Shown: positions 1-13,033, counted from the whole stretch's first letter. The stretch is DNA of 63,150 nt, filler included, from Octopus bimaculoides (GCF_001194135.2; 6 parts of 6 records of this genome joined end to end with filler, not necessarily neighbours in it); one strand, 5' to 3'. The notes: generated from the letters alone by a model not told the origin. A program made the numbers and translations.

Positions 1-10
1 ATATATTTAT

Positions 11-67
<57 letters not shown>

Positions 68-92
68 CATTTATGAATCAATCAGTCAATCA

Positions 93-134
<42 letters not shown>

Positions 135-437
135 GTGTCTGTCTGTCTTTCTGTCTATGTATCCTTCTATCGATCTATGTCCCTCTTTATATATATATAT
201 TTATACATATATAGAAGTGTGTGTGAGTGTATGTGTGTGTATGTGTGTGTGTATATAAATATATGAATTTATGCTTAGATATATGCATATATATATATTA
301 TATATATGTATGTATATATTATATACAGATGTGTTTACAAAAGAAGACTGTCTTTAGTGCATTGTTTACTGAATATGCAACCAAAACATAAGTTTATTTA
401 CTGTAATCACTTCTTTATGAATTCCTTTTGACTGCAG

Positions 438-640
438 AGTGCATTGACTGCAGACTGCAGAGTGCTTTGTATCTTTCAAGGTATGTGAATGATATTTATC
501 AAGCGAGCGATATGCTGAAGTCTTTTGCTTGAAATTTGCCTGCTCTGTTTTTGCCGAGTTTCTCTTGTTCAGTTTCACATTGCACATTTTTCTTCTAGAG
601 CGACAACTGCTATATCCTATTTGCTTTCCCCTAGAGTGTA
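438..640 (+). other. Possible orphan exon-intron-exon unit (intron 481-598)
   Basis: Strong donor CAAG|gtatgt at 481 and strong acceptor ttttcttctag| at 598, plus three tandem GACTGCAG acceptor-like motifs at 430-460. No recognisable protein. Confidence 0.25.
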
Positions 641-717
641 GGAAAAATGGCTAATATTTCTTTCAAACTTTGCTTTTATTACCTTTATTCAAAGCTCGAA
701 GAATCCCTCTGAATACA

Positions 718-850
718 CGGCTATGATACTACCCCACTACTCCTACTAATGATCAGAGATGCATACATTGTCAGTCACTGAGCGACATGCTCAAGTGGCT
801 AAGGGCAAGCAACTGACAAGCAAATCTCTGGTATTGTGCAGATTATTTGC
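718..850 (-). mobile_element. (AAT)n-tailed retroposon family, short fragment
   Basis: GGCTATGAT..CCCCACTAC...GATCAGAGAT...CTGACAAGCAAATCT matches 23870-24000. Confidence 0.6.
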
Positions 851-1033
851 TATAATAATATTTCTGCTGCTGCAACTTGGTGAGGAATCTGTGTGAAATA
901 TGATGGAAAAGTGAATAGTTTCAAAACATTGATGCTCAGGTCACAAAAACAATGTCTGAAGGGAATAGTTGTCATATCCTTTGGTTTCTAGATAGAAGTA
1001 AATAGGAGCTAACACTTACTGACAAAAGAGACA

Positions 1034-1088
<55 letters not shown>

Positions 1089-2000
1089 CACACACACACG
1101 CACGCATGCACGCACGCACGCACGCACGCACACACACAAAATATATTACGCAGTGTTATCAACACATTTCTAGCTTAGAAAATGTTAAAAGGATTAGCCC
1201 TAGTTTCTCCAGTGTTCATAATATGTTGCTTCTTTTGCCTCACAATGTTGCAGTTTCTGCAAAATTGTCACTAGCGCTAACCTTTGCTCTTCAGACTCAC
1301 CTATTACACTACGCAATTTAGTATTCAAAAGTGGCTGGAGCATTTTAAACAAGGTAGTCTATTCTTTGCTATAGATGTAAATAATCAGTAATAGCCTTTA
1401 CTTGAAAGGTCACCAAACAATTGTACGCGAAATAGAAAATGTAAAAACATAGTTTTTAATATCACCAATAAGATAAAATGGAATTCAAGGAAAGATGCAC
1501 ATATTCTGATGGAAATATCAGTTTATTAGATAGAAAAACTTAATAGGATTAGAGAAACAGCATATTTTCCATATAAAAGAAATCGCATTTGTAAAGGAAA
1601 TAAATCAGATCTAAGGAAAAATTATAGCAACATAAAAGCAGTTGCATATGCATTTCAGAATAGTTTATATACGAATATACTAGGAATTGCCTGGATACGT
1701 ATTAACTGTATACCACTTTGTTCATTTCCAAGCTTGTGTCATGGCCCCATGGCTAGGTTAGTAAAATTTCTTCAGCAACAATTAGCAGGTCATACCTAAC
1801 CATGTACATTTTGCAGTAAGTTAATTGTTTTAGCTAATTATATAGATCGTGTTGGTAAGATATATATTTCTTTCGTGAAAGAATACAATTTGGTACTTCG
1901 ATCACATGCATATGTTTATGTTTTATAAAGCCTCAACTACCATATAAAGTTCCTCAATTTGCTATTTTTAATCTTTGTAACGCTCTATGTATGCATATTG

Positions 2001-2128
<128 letters not shown>

Positions 2129-2154
2129 CATATACACACACATAGATATGTGTG

Positions 2155-2199
<45 letters not shown>

Positions 2200-3465
2200 T
2201 AGGTAGACAACATTTAGTTTAGGGGTGTGGAAATGCTCTGGTGGGGGTTAATAAAATTATATTTTAAGGGTTATTGGTATTTGGAGGCAAAGTCTAATTT
2301 TATGTATAGTTTTGATGCAGTTATGCGCTTCTGTGATTATTTCATTCCTTGAACCCACGAAGATCTATATCGTTCCAATAACTAGGAGAATTTTGAACTT
2401 GGAACATGCACATTGTCACTGTGTGAGGTGGTGCGTGTATACAGATGCGTGTTGGAGGGTAGATACAGGAGTACATAATACGACTTATGGGTACATATGC
2501 AAGTGTACTTGCGATATAATGGTACCTGACATATACCTGCACATATCTGTGATTGTGTATGTGTTTGTGTGTCCTTAATTGTGTACTTCCTTATTTGTGT
2601 GTAGTTGAACGTGTGAGTATACATGTGTAAATATAACACTCAATCTCTCGATAGGTGCTTCTCTTTACAAGTTTTATGCGGTGCAGTGAAACACTGGTCT
2701 GCTTTTCTCTCTTACGCACCCGATATAAACTTATATAAATATGCAGTGAATGTATATGAATGCATATTTGAACATTGGTGTCCGATTGCATATATATGAG
2801 CATGACCACTTGTATGTTAATGTCGATTTGTAAACTCAAGGATATACCTGATCTTAACCAGTTCTCGGACAGAACTGTCTAAACCAGTCACAGCGAAGGG
2901 AATGGGTTGGATGTCTTATAGTGTCATTAACACTCGTACTATCTAATTACTAAAAAAATATATTTAATTCTTACCAACTTAGAAGATGACCGACGGAGCG
3001 TTGTACTAGCATTTAGGTTTAGTTGAGGTTACAAACGCTCCTTATACTCTTCAGCACATCTTCCCCTCATCTCCATGTGCCTCCTGCATATTAGCATAAC
3101 ATAATCGATATTTGTATAGCCAGCGTCTAGTGAGTATGTGTGGCCATGTGTGAATTAATGCAACTACATATATGGCGATAGTTTGTTTGACTCTATTTTG
3201 ACTCTAAATATACGTGCTCAAGTGTGTACACATATTTGTGTGCGTGTGAGTATGTGTGTATGTGTTTGAATGTTTGCAAGCATACTTACATTCATTTTTA
3301 TATATATGCGCTTGTGTGTTTTAGTGTATGTGAATATCTGTCTGCATATATATGTCTATGTAAATGGGCTTATTTAACAAGGGTCTGTCTCTGTTTCTTT
3401 TTACAATACGCACACACACACATATATATGTGCGTGTCTATACACACGCACACACACACATATGG

Positions 3466-3499
<34 letters not shown>

Positions 3500-4737
3500 N
3501 NNNNNNNNNNNNNNNNNNNNNNNNNNNNNNNNNNNNNNNNNNNNNNNNNNNNNNNNNNNNNNNNNNNNNNNNNNNNNNNNNNNNNNNNNNNNNNNNNNNN
3601 NNNNNNNNNNNNNNNNNNNNNNNNNNNNNNNNNNNNNNNNNNNNNNNNNNNNNNNNNNNNNNNNNNNNNNNNNNNNNNNNNNNNNNNNNNNNNNNNNNNN
3701 NNNNNNNNNNNNNNNNNNNNNNNNNNNNNNNNNNNNNNNNNNNNNNNNNNNNNNNNNNNNNNNNNNNNNNNNNNNNNNNNNNNNNNNNNNNNNNNNNNNN
3801 NNNNNNNNNNNNNNNNNNNNNNNNNNNNNNNNNNNNNNNNNNNNNNNNNNNNNNNNNNNNNNNNNNNNNNNNNNNNNNNNNNNNNNNNNNNNNNNNNNNN
3901 NNNNNNNNNNNNNNNNNNNNNNNNNNNNNNNNNNNNNNNNNNNNNNNNNNNNNNNNNNNNNNNNNNNNNNNNNNNNNNNNNNNNNNNNNNNNNNNNNNNN
4001 NNNNNNNNNNNNNNNNNNNNNNNNNNNNNNNNNNNNNNNNNNNNNNNNNNNNNNNNNNNTATATATATATATATTAATATGCATAACCCGTAATTCTTTC
4101 AGAGACATAGATCATTACATTTCAAAACATTATCTCTCTTCGACGGAATTTATGTTCCTATGTAAGGATTTATCTGCTAAAACAATAAGCACTAAAATGT
4201 CTTTGTTATTAGTCATATATTCTATGCTTAATATAACTACGTATTTTATAAACAGTTTGATGTTTCAAACATTTTTAAACAATTTTACGAAAAGGATACA
4301 CGTAAATCATATATGAATTATTCCAAAAGTTTCCTTTTCCATTTTTCAGGTTAAATGTTTCATAAATATTCGATATAACTCCCTTACAATTCTCTTTTTC
4401 AGGCCACTCTTCAAGAAAACATTTCATAAATATCTTGAATAATACTACAATGTTAGAAATACAAACAGACCAGGAATATATATGTGGATGTGATTGTGTG
4501 TCTTTGTCTGTCTGTGCGGGCGCACGAATGTGTATGCATATATGTGTGTGTGTGTGCATGTGTGTGTAGGTGCATGCATGACTATGTATATATGGTTTTT
4601 CATTCCGGCTGATCTCTTATCCTTGTGAAATTTATAAATATCTATACGTTCAGCGCAGTCACTCTAAACATCACTTAATCGAGTTCACTTATTTCACTTA
4701 TATTCTGTTGAGGTTTTTTGTAAATCCTGCACGATAT

Positions 4738-4839
<102 letters not shown>

Positions 4840-4914
4840 ACACTCACTCACAGACACACACACAGACACACATATTTATATATTTATATATATATATAGA
4901 TAGATAGATAGATG

Positions 4915-4952
<38 letters not shown>

Positions 4953-4997
4953 GAGATAGAGAGATAAAATGATAGATAGATAGATAGATAGATAGAC

Positions 4998-5028
<31 letters not shown>

Positions 5029-6553
5029 GATAGAGAAATGAATATATACATCTCTATGCATGTATAGATGAGTGCATTTATATATCTATATCTATACACA
5101 CAGAGATATATATGTATATTTACACTCACACACACTAACACACACACATATATAAATACATTTACAGAATAACAGAACGTATAGATGCATTATATATATG
5201 TTCACATACGTTTATGAATATGTAACCACACACATATATCTATATATCTATTCATTTGTGCACTGATGTGCCTGTATGTCATGAACTTGTTTATGTTTCT
5301 GTATATCTATATATACATCACTGTCATTCTGAGCTTTTGTGTGTAACATGTTTTAGCAAAATTTTAGTTAGTTACTAATATATAAAGAAAATATAAAATT
5401 TTACTTCGATTTGTATCTGTAGAAATTCATTGAGACACGAATATAGATTTCATACATTTCGTGAAATTTCATGATTTTTATTCTAATATTAGCAAACGCA
5501 AACAGCCATAGATAGAGTCATGCACACAACCTCAAACTAATACACGCACCAGACAAATAAAAATACAAATCCTCACATACACAATACATCCACATGCACA
5601 GAAATATGGGCATGTATATATATATATATATATACACGCACATATATACCTGTGTGTGTACGTATGTGTATGTCTGTAGCAGTGTGTCTGTGTTTATGTT
5701 TTCAGTAGTTTGTATGATCTGAAAGGAAACGATATGATGTTCTCGCGTATGAAAAAAAGATTTTGAATTTTATATATAAAAAATAATAATAATATAAATA
5801 TCGACACATTCTAAAAATATATTTAAAAAAATCAAGAATATGTTCAACATTTCATAACTGCAGTCTTTGTTTTTACTTGTCAGAAGAACTAGCTTCCTAT
5901 ATCTTGTATCAAACGCTCAATATTTTAGTGAACACAAAGATATCCAATAAGATTCCTCTATTTTATAATAAATAATTTTTTTGTATATTTGCACATTTGT
6001 AGTCATAATTTAAACACTTTTATATTTTTCCATGATATTTCTTAGTAAGTTTTCCATGTTGAAATCTTGTGTTCGTGTCAATCCAACTCACACTAAATCT
6101 CAGCTTACAATACTTTCTACATTATTATGATGGTGGTGTTTATTTTTTCCCAAACACGCCATCATAAATTCCTTCTTACAGCACGCAACAGAACTTCGCA
6201 CACACAAGCACATTTGGAAGGACACATATACGTATATATGTCTGTGTCTATGTATCTATGCATGCAGGTATGTATGTATGTATGTATGTATGTGCGCATG
6301 TATGTATGTTTGTTATATGCATTCATTTATGCATACATGCGTGCATGTAGGCATGTATACATGTATGTATGCATGCATTTATGCATGTCTGTATGTATGT
6401 TTGTACGTATGCACGTATCAATGTATAATACATCAACCTATCAATCTCTACATATTTATCTAGAAACATACACACACACACACACATATATATATACATA
6501 TTTGAATGTGTGTTTATATATGTATATATATATATGTATGTGTATGTATGTAC

Positions 6554-6604
<51 letters not shown>

Positions 6605-6846
6605 CATACATGTATATATAATAATACACCTAATTTATATATATATATACATATATATATATATACATACATGCACATGCCTACATATATATGTATATAT
6701 ACATGCATATAATGGTACAGCACATCAAAACCACGTGAACAAAATAAGAAACGAGAACATAAAAACAAAAGCATGGAAAATGAATTTTTTTTTCGAACAA
6801 CGAAAGCAACAAATAGAGAAACGACACAAGCAACATAAAGAAAATT

Positions 6847-6906
6847 CCCTTCATCAGTTGTCCCCTGTTTTATCTACACTGCGTTTCGAAGGTTGGGACA
6901 AGACGC
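6847..6906 (-). ncRNA. Hammerhead ribozyme-like motif with rearranged (non-circularly permuted) strand order
   Basis: Minus strand reads GCGUC UUGUCCC aa CCUUC GAAACGC aguguagauaaaacag GGGACAA CUGAUGA AGGG. Helix I is UUGUCCC/GGGACAA (7 bp), helix III is ACGC/GCGU with a GUC triplet, and both core boxes are intact. Helix II is weak. Confidence 0.7.
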
Positions 6907-7300
6907 GACTTCGTTAAAGCAGTCCTTCTCGCAAAGCAAATTAAATAAAATTTGGGATTTTAGTGGAGGGTTAAAGTGGTAACAATAATTTCTCTCCTAC
7001 CCTTTCTCTAATTCTTATAATCTCCCAATCACCGTGCTTTTACCTATCTCTTTTCAAAGTTCGGTTTTCCAGGGTCACCACTTCACCTCGTTATGGCTTA
7101 TTAGCCCTCACCATTTGTTTTTACTGTTTTGTTACCAAATTTCACCGTCACTAATTGAGACTAAGAGTGCTGAATAACATCTATATTGCAAGACATAAGA
7201 GTTAAAACCCTTGATGCTGTATGAAGCGAATAATATGCATTCTCCGACAGAAGATTAAATAATAGGAAGGTAAATTCATTTTCCGATATAGAATTCTGAA

Positions 7301-7527
7301 AATATTTAATAATCATTATACAAATTTATAATAATATAAATATTTAAGAATCATAATACAAATTTATAATAATATAAATATTTAATAATCATAATACAAA
7401 TTTATAATAATATAAATATTCAATAATCATAATACAAATTTATAATAAGATAAATATTTAATAATAATAATACAAATTAATAATAACATAAATATTTAAT
7501 AATCATAATACAAATTTATAATAATAT
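7301..7527. repeat. AT-only 38-bp minisatellite, about 6 copies
   Basis: CAAATT anchor at 7321, 7359, 7397, 7435, 7473 and 7511 (period 38). Unit is approximately CAAATTTATAATAATATAAATATTTAATAATCATAATA. Confidence 0.9.
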
Positions 7528-7548
7528 CGGCAGGTCATCGAACTGCAC

Positions 7549-8890
7549 TTATACCTCCAATGGGTCTATACTGGTTCCAAACCACTCGTTCAATTTTCCA
7601 TACCTCTCTTTGTCTATCACTATATCTTTTGTATTTTCTGTGTAAAGCTCCACTGGTAATTTTATTCTCATTACCAATTTGAATTTGGTAATTCTCCTTT
7701 CTATTGCCGTACTTTTAGTATATGTTACCATTTATTTTCCTGGATCTTTAATTGTTTGTTTCTGCAGTAAAATTGGGTTGTCGGGCTAGGTTTCGTTTTT
7801 TTGTCCTTTTGCTAGTGATGCTGGTGGAGGTCTTTGTTTCTATTCTATAATGTTCATATCTTACTCCTTTTTTTTTCTTTTTTGGACTCTTCGGCGGTGA
7901 ATTCACATATTCTTTTCTTTTTTTTTCCTGGTCACCTCCGTAAATGCTTCCTCCGCTTCTTTCGTACATTTCTCACTTGCTAGGGCCGCCACTTCGGCAT
8001 TCTGCTCTTGTTGGCCTCCCTCGCTGTCTCTCTGGGGGCACCTTACTCTCATGTGTTTCTTCTCTCTACATTGGTAGCCGGTTGGTGGTCTTCCTTCCAC
8101 CACTACTTTCAACTTTATGTCTTCCGGTAAAGTCACCTCTTCAGCGATTTCATTCAAATTGTTTTGTACGTTCTAAATGACAATTTCATGACCATATTCC
8201 CATCATTTTACATTTTTGTCCTCGTCACCTTTAAGATGTTTGTGTCCTCCTCGGTTTTATGCATCACGTCTGCCATCAGCTACGCTTCTTTGATTTCCGG
8301 GGATACACAGCTTATTCTCACTCTTGCGACCATTGGCCACTCTAAGTTGGCAGGAGTACCCACTCTTGCGTCCTGAGCGTCACAGTGGATGATTTATCGT
8401 CCCTTGCACGTTGGCGGACCTCACCTCTACTGTGCCGTATTTACTTCCTTTTGTGTAGAATGTTATCAGTTTTTTTTAATCTCCTTAAGACTTTCTTCTA
8501 TCGCTTCTATTGTGGCTATTTCAATTTTCTTAGATGTTGTATACAGTGTTCTGTAAAACACTGTTCCTTTTGCTATACTGGCTGTCATTTCTTCTGGCGG
8601 GGTCAGCCTTAAACCGGATCCTTCCTTCTGCATCAGCCTTTCAGCTTCCTCTTCTCAATTTGGGCCTCTCGCACCTCTAGCGCATCCGCAATTGCACCCC
8701 ATTCAGCCGCTGAAGCACAACTTCCGGCACGTGCCGGACCTGGTTCGCAATCCACTATCTCCCTCTTCTTTTTTTCACTTCACCACAAAATAGGGAAGAA
8801 GACAAACAAAAATCACAAGCCTGCAGGCAAAAACAGTAACAGTACTTAACAAATTTAACTATTTAAATCATAGATTCATCCTCGCGGGAG
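7549..8890 (-). mobile_element. Non-LTR retrotransposon ORF1 remnant (Tx1/L1-like gag with zinc knuckle), with stops and frameshifts
   Basis: Fragments read KLKVVVEGRPPTGYQCREKKHMRVRCPQR (decayed C-x2-C-x4-H-x4-C) followed by a Lys/Glu-rich region. GC-richer than the flanks. Confidence 0.65.
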
Positions 8891-9179
8891 ACCCTTCAGC
8901 GAGTATGCAACACAACACAACTCACGTCGACCGGAATAAAAAGATTTGAGCAAAAAAAAAAAAAAAAAAAAAAAAAAACTCCTCCGAACGACTCTACTGA
9001 CTGTGTCAGTCCACTATTTATTGGTGCCAGCCCACTTCTCGCCTGGGTGCGTCCGCCGCAACATTTTTTAATATCTACAATGAAGAAATAAATTACATGA
9101 TTCCTCCGTCCACAATTTTTTTTTTCATTACACCATTGATAACCGGTCGGTATCAGTTGCATTTTATATCACTTTCTCT

Positions 9180-10950
9180 TACATCAACTTGTATCCAAGG
9201 AGCCACACGTAAGATACATGCGTATATCGGACGAAGATAGCAAAAGGCTGGTTGACGCCTTCGACGGGCATCAGACCTATTACCTAAAACTGGCAGACAC
9301 ACTGCTTATTTAAAGGCGTACTGTCCGATCTTTAGTAACGACCTACCTACAGTCTGGGAGGCACCAAATGTTACCTAGAGGAGGTGCCTACCACGTAAAG
9401 GTCGATGAGGAAATGCGAGCTCTGCTTCAGGTAAGTATTGATGTCAAGCTACTCGCAACCGTTCAACAGATGAAGAGGGACGTAGAGGCAGCATTGCCCG
9501 GAAAGCCGTCTGTTTCCTTGTCTGCAATCTAGATGGGATAATGATAACTCTGAAGTTCGCTATAGGCGTCCCAGATGCACGATATGCCCCAAGAATTCTG
9601 GAAAAGCGCTATGAGTAGGCGCATTGATTCATGGAAGAGGGAGTCGTCGGCAGTTGTGTATACGTTGATAAATGGGAGTACAACATTTGGACCAGGTGGT
9701 CTTTTGGACGAGCCCATCAAGGCTTCCTGTTCGTTGCAGTTATTCCTATGCTAACGGTTGACAAACCGTTAGCATAGGAATAACTGCAACGTCACCTTCA
9801 CGGTGCCAGGATAAATTGGTCTGGTTCACCGCTCCATTGCGAATGATGCCGTTACACGAAAGTTTTTTGACGTGATCTTGGCGGAAACAGTTCGAGTATG
9901 TGCCGACAGGTACCCAACAGATGAATCCGTCTACTTGATCTACAACAACGCATGGACACGTGTTCGTGCCGAGTTCCTAACTGACACCGTCGCACCACTG
10001 ATCACTCTGAAACTTCTTCCCCCTACTCAACGCTTTTTTTTTATTTGTACGGAAATAACACATTCTACCTTTAAGGCGACTGCCAAGCGGGACCTCACTC
10101 GAGCTGAGTTGCAACAAAGGGTTGGGGACCGGGCCGTTGCAGAAGAAGCCGGCATGACCATGGAAGAATGGGAAGCACATGTCGAAGCCATCACTTCAGA
10201 AAATTGTGTTCGTTGGTTTAGACACAACAAGACTTACCTCCCAAGGTGCCTCGGACGCCTGGAAATGGACGCCTAAATCATCTCAAGCGAACTCAAATCA
10301 ATAATTATATTAGTGTACATTGCACCCTTTCTCCGATAAAAGAGAAAATGTAAAATCAAACAAATATATACTTTTGCCAACAAGACATAATATTCAAAGG
10401 GAGAACATATATCACAACATTAAGTAGTCAAAAATCAATGCAAATGTGCATTTGTTAAAATTGTGTTTCTTTAAAAAGATTGAAAAGGCTGGAATGCAAT
10501 TTCATGAAGTCTTTAACAATAAATACACATGCCAATGCAAGAATAACAGAATATACAGAAAAGGCATGGGTACGATAGAGAGCTTAAATCATAAACAATG
10601 GTTGAAGACACATGATTATCATAACAATGATCATTAGCTATCGTACTAATTTAACTGCGTGACATGTTAAAAAGATTGCTCCGAAACGGATTTGAATGCT
10701 CGAAAAGACGCTTCCTCGCATTCCAACTAATTTAAATGCTCTCGACGAGCATTTTAATATGAATGATGCAAACGCTAAATTCTTTGACCGATGCGCAACA
10801 TTGAATGATCGAAAAATGAATTTGAATGACCTACTTCATGGTGCTAATTATTTTCACGACTGTGAATGACCCAATTATCAATTTGAATGAAAAAGTATGG
10901 AAATGACGGCAAAAGCCTATATTATTTTGAAACTTTTGACATGTATTATT
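9180..10950 (+). mobile_element. Tc1/IS630-like DNA transposon, pseudogenised transposase (about 9200-10276) and right-hand end
   Basis: N-terminal HTH region RISDEDSKRLVDAF...LADTL; first catalytic region CVYVDxxxYNIWTRxSFGRA; second LIYNNA (decayed DNA); third LKLLPP...CTE (decayed LPPYSPxLNxIE) about 35 residues later. Multiple stops and frameshifts. Left TIR not found. Confidence 0.8.
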
Positions 10951-11361
10951 AAAGATGATTTTCATATTGATAAGTATGCTTCCACGGTTTATCGTTGCTG
11001 TTGCTTAATTCCTGGTCAACTCTTATAAAATAGGTTGTTGAAAAAGAGTATATCACTAATAATCATCAATATCTTAGAGTGATTAATAAGATTGGCATAT
11101 ATGTGTATTACAGTTATCTTTAATCTGATAGGATGTAGTTTGAAGCGCATTAGATACTATATGTGTATGCATATATATATATATATATATATATTGATAC
11201 AAAAGATAACAAAAGAAAGAAAGAGTCGTGGATATTATGCAAATAGAGGGATTTATCTGTAAAAATATGTGACTTTTATTCAGTAGCCATGATAAAACTC
11301 CGAGTTTCGGATGCCGGGGGGGGGNNNNNNNNNNNNNNNNNNNNNNNNNNNNNNNNNNNNN

Positions 11362-11433
<72 letters not shown>

Positions 11434-11717
11434 TGCTTTTAAATAAAGTATATATATATCACAGAGTGATTGAGTAGCTTGAGGTGCTGTGAATCGTTTC
11501 GTATGATATTAGAAACAATTCCCATTATTTTAGGACATATTGTGCTTTAATCTTGTGTCTCTGACTGTATTTATGAATGTGTTATCAAATTATTCCAAAT
11601 TTTATTATTGACGTATAATGAAAAAAATATACATCAAAGAACAAAAAAAAACAGTAAACGACTCATGTGCCAAAATACATACCGTACTGGAGATACTGTA
11701 AACAATCATCAGTGTAA

Positions 11718-11790
11718 ATGAGTGCTAGAAAGATACAGTTAGGACAAAGCTGGTACAAGGAGATGCTGTTTAAATTGATCGTCACTTTTG
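11718..11790 (+). CDS. Candidate first coding exon (N-terminal half of a signal peptide); best fit is the PAN-domain gene
   Basis: ATG at 11718 (second in-frame ATG at 11763) gives MSARKIQLGQSWYKEMLFKLIVTF plus one G, then a strong donor TTG|gtgagt (phase 1). An Inr-like TCAGT lies just upstream at 11709. Phase is compatible with both 18507 and 38840. Confidence 0.55.
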
Positions 11791-12415
11791 GTGAGTGTGC
11801 ATTCAGTAAATATAGCAACGAGAATGTGCCAAATTGTATATAAATATTATGAAAATATCGTGTATGTTCACGCTATAAAATGACAAGCTCAATGGTAAAA
11901 TAAATAGAGCTAGCAAATATGCCAGCAATGTGTGTACAAATAAAAAGCGATAGGGAAATTAAAATACATCCAACAAGAAAAACACAAAGTGACAATAAGA
12001 TGCGATAGGATATTAAATTTCCTGCATATGAAACACATTTTGAAAGCTGTTAAGTCTAGTTTTGATAAAATATGATTAATTTTATTGAACTAGTTGAAAG
12101 GGTGAAATATTGAAGTGATAATTACAATACAGGAATAGATATTCCACTGTATTATTGGCTGAAGGACAAAGATCGTCAATATATGATATATTCGACAACA
12201 TAATTATAGCTGAAATAATGCTGAAAAATATGAACCCTGCCGTCTTCTGTAGCTGGTGGATTTGATTTAACCAGTAAGACAAACATGAACCGGAATAACA
12301 TCTTAAATCATGAGGCTGCTTGTTGTGTTGTATCACGTAATATTTTATAACATTGTTTAAGATTATCTAAAAATTAGTACTATGAGAGTAACAGTTTTAA
12401 TTCTTAAAGTGACCG

Positions 12416-12620
12416 GCGAGACGGCATAATTGTTAGCATGCTGGACAAATGCTTGACTTGTATTTCACCCATTGCGACATTCTAGTTTCAAATTCCGCCG
12501 AGGTCGACTTTAACTTTCGAGGTTGATAAATTGAGTACCAGTTGAGTACTGGGCTCAATATAATCGACTATCACCCTCCCACAAAATTTCAGGCCTTGTG
12601 CCTATTATAGAAAAGAATCT
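12416..12620 (+). mobile_element. tRNA-derived SINE with a Meta-domain-like core; further copies at 30821-30960, 43820-44030, 44265-44470, 52132-52340, 52880-53030, 59915-60100 and 61903-62100 (+), and 44530-44690 and 51065-51250 (-)
   Basis: Shared GTTCAAATTCCGCCGAGGTCGACTTTGCCTTTCAT..TTCGGGGTCGATAAATTAAGTACCAG core with degenerate A/B boxes. Confidence 0.75.
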
Positions 12621-12886
12621 TAACACGAATATTCTAATTTTTATTGGTCTGTGTCGTATGCATTACGAATGGAACAAATTGTTCGAAAACTTTAATGGAA
12701 GAGAGAGAATGGGAGAGGGCTTCAATAAATTCATTGTGTAATTAATATAAACTATTACGGGTTAGAACCGATCTATTTTGTCTTCTTTTCTTCTCAATCT
12801 ATAAAATATACATCATTATATTAGCAGGCCGGTTCCAGAGACTATAACTCTAACAAAAGAAACACACACACACACACGAACGTATT

Positions 12887-12927
<41 letters not shown>

Positions 12928-13033
12928 ACTTGGGGATGGCCATATTGCCAGTTTAGCCAATAAAAACACACGCACTGTATATTTGGTGTTAATTTGCTTC
13001 AGCTTTATATTACATTAATCTTAATCTTATTTC

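Noticed and set aside
1245-1300. Minus-strand CTGAAGA GCAAA...TTTGC A GAAAC hammerhead look-alike
   Set aside because: No NUH triplet and no helix I or III complementarity.
2980-3055. Hairpin GGAGCGTTGT/ACAAACGCTCC with CTGAAGA on the minus strand
   Set aside because: No GAAAC box or cleavage strand at a usable position; possibly a very decayed PLE end.
7301-7527. CRISPR-like array
   Set aside because: Tandem units without unique spacers in a eukaryotic context; it is a minisatellite.
8900-9110. LTR or core promoter (minus-strand ATAAATAG...CAGTCAGT) upstream of the Tx1-like ORF1
   Set aside because: No second copy, PBS or TSD seen. It may be the element's 5' end but cannot be classified.
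9872-10276. 134-aa ORF as a novel or viral protein
   Set aside because: It is the C-terminal third of the decayed Tc1-like transposase.
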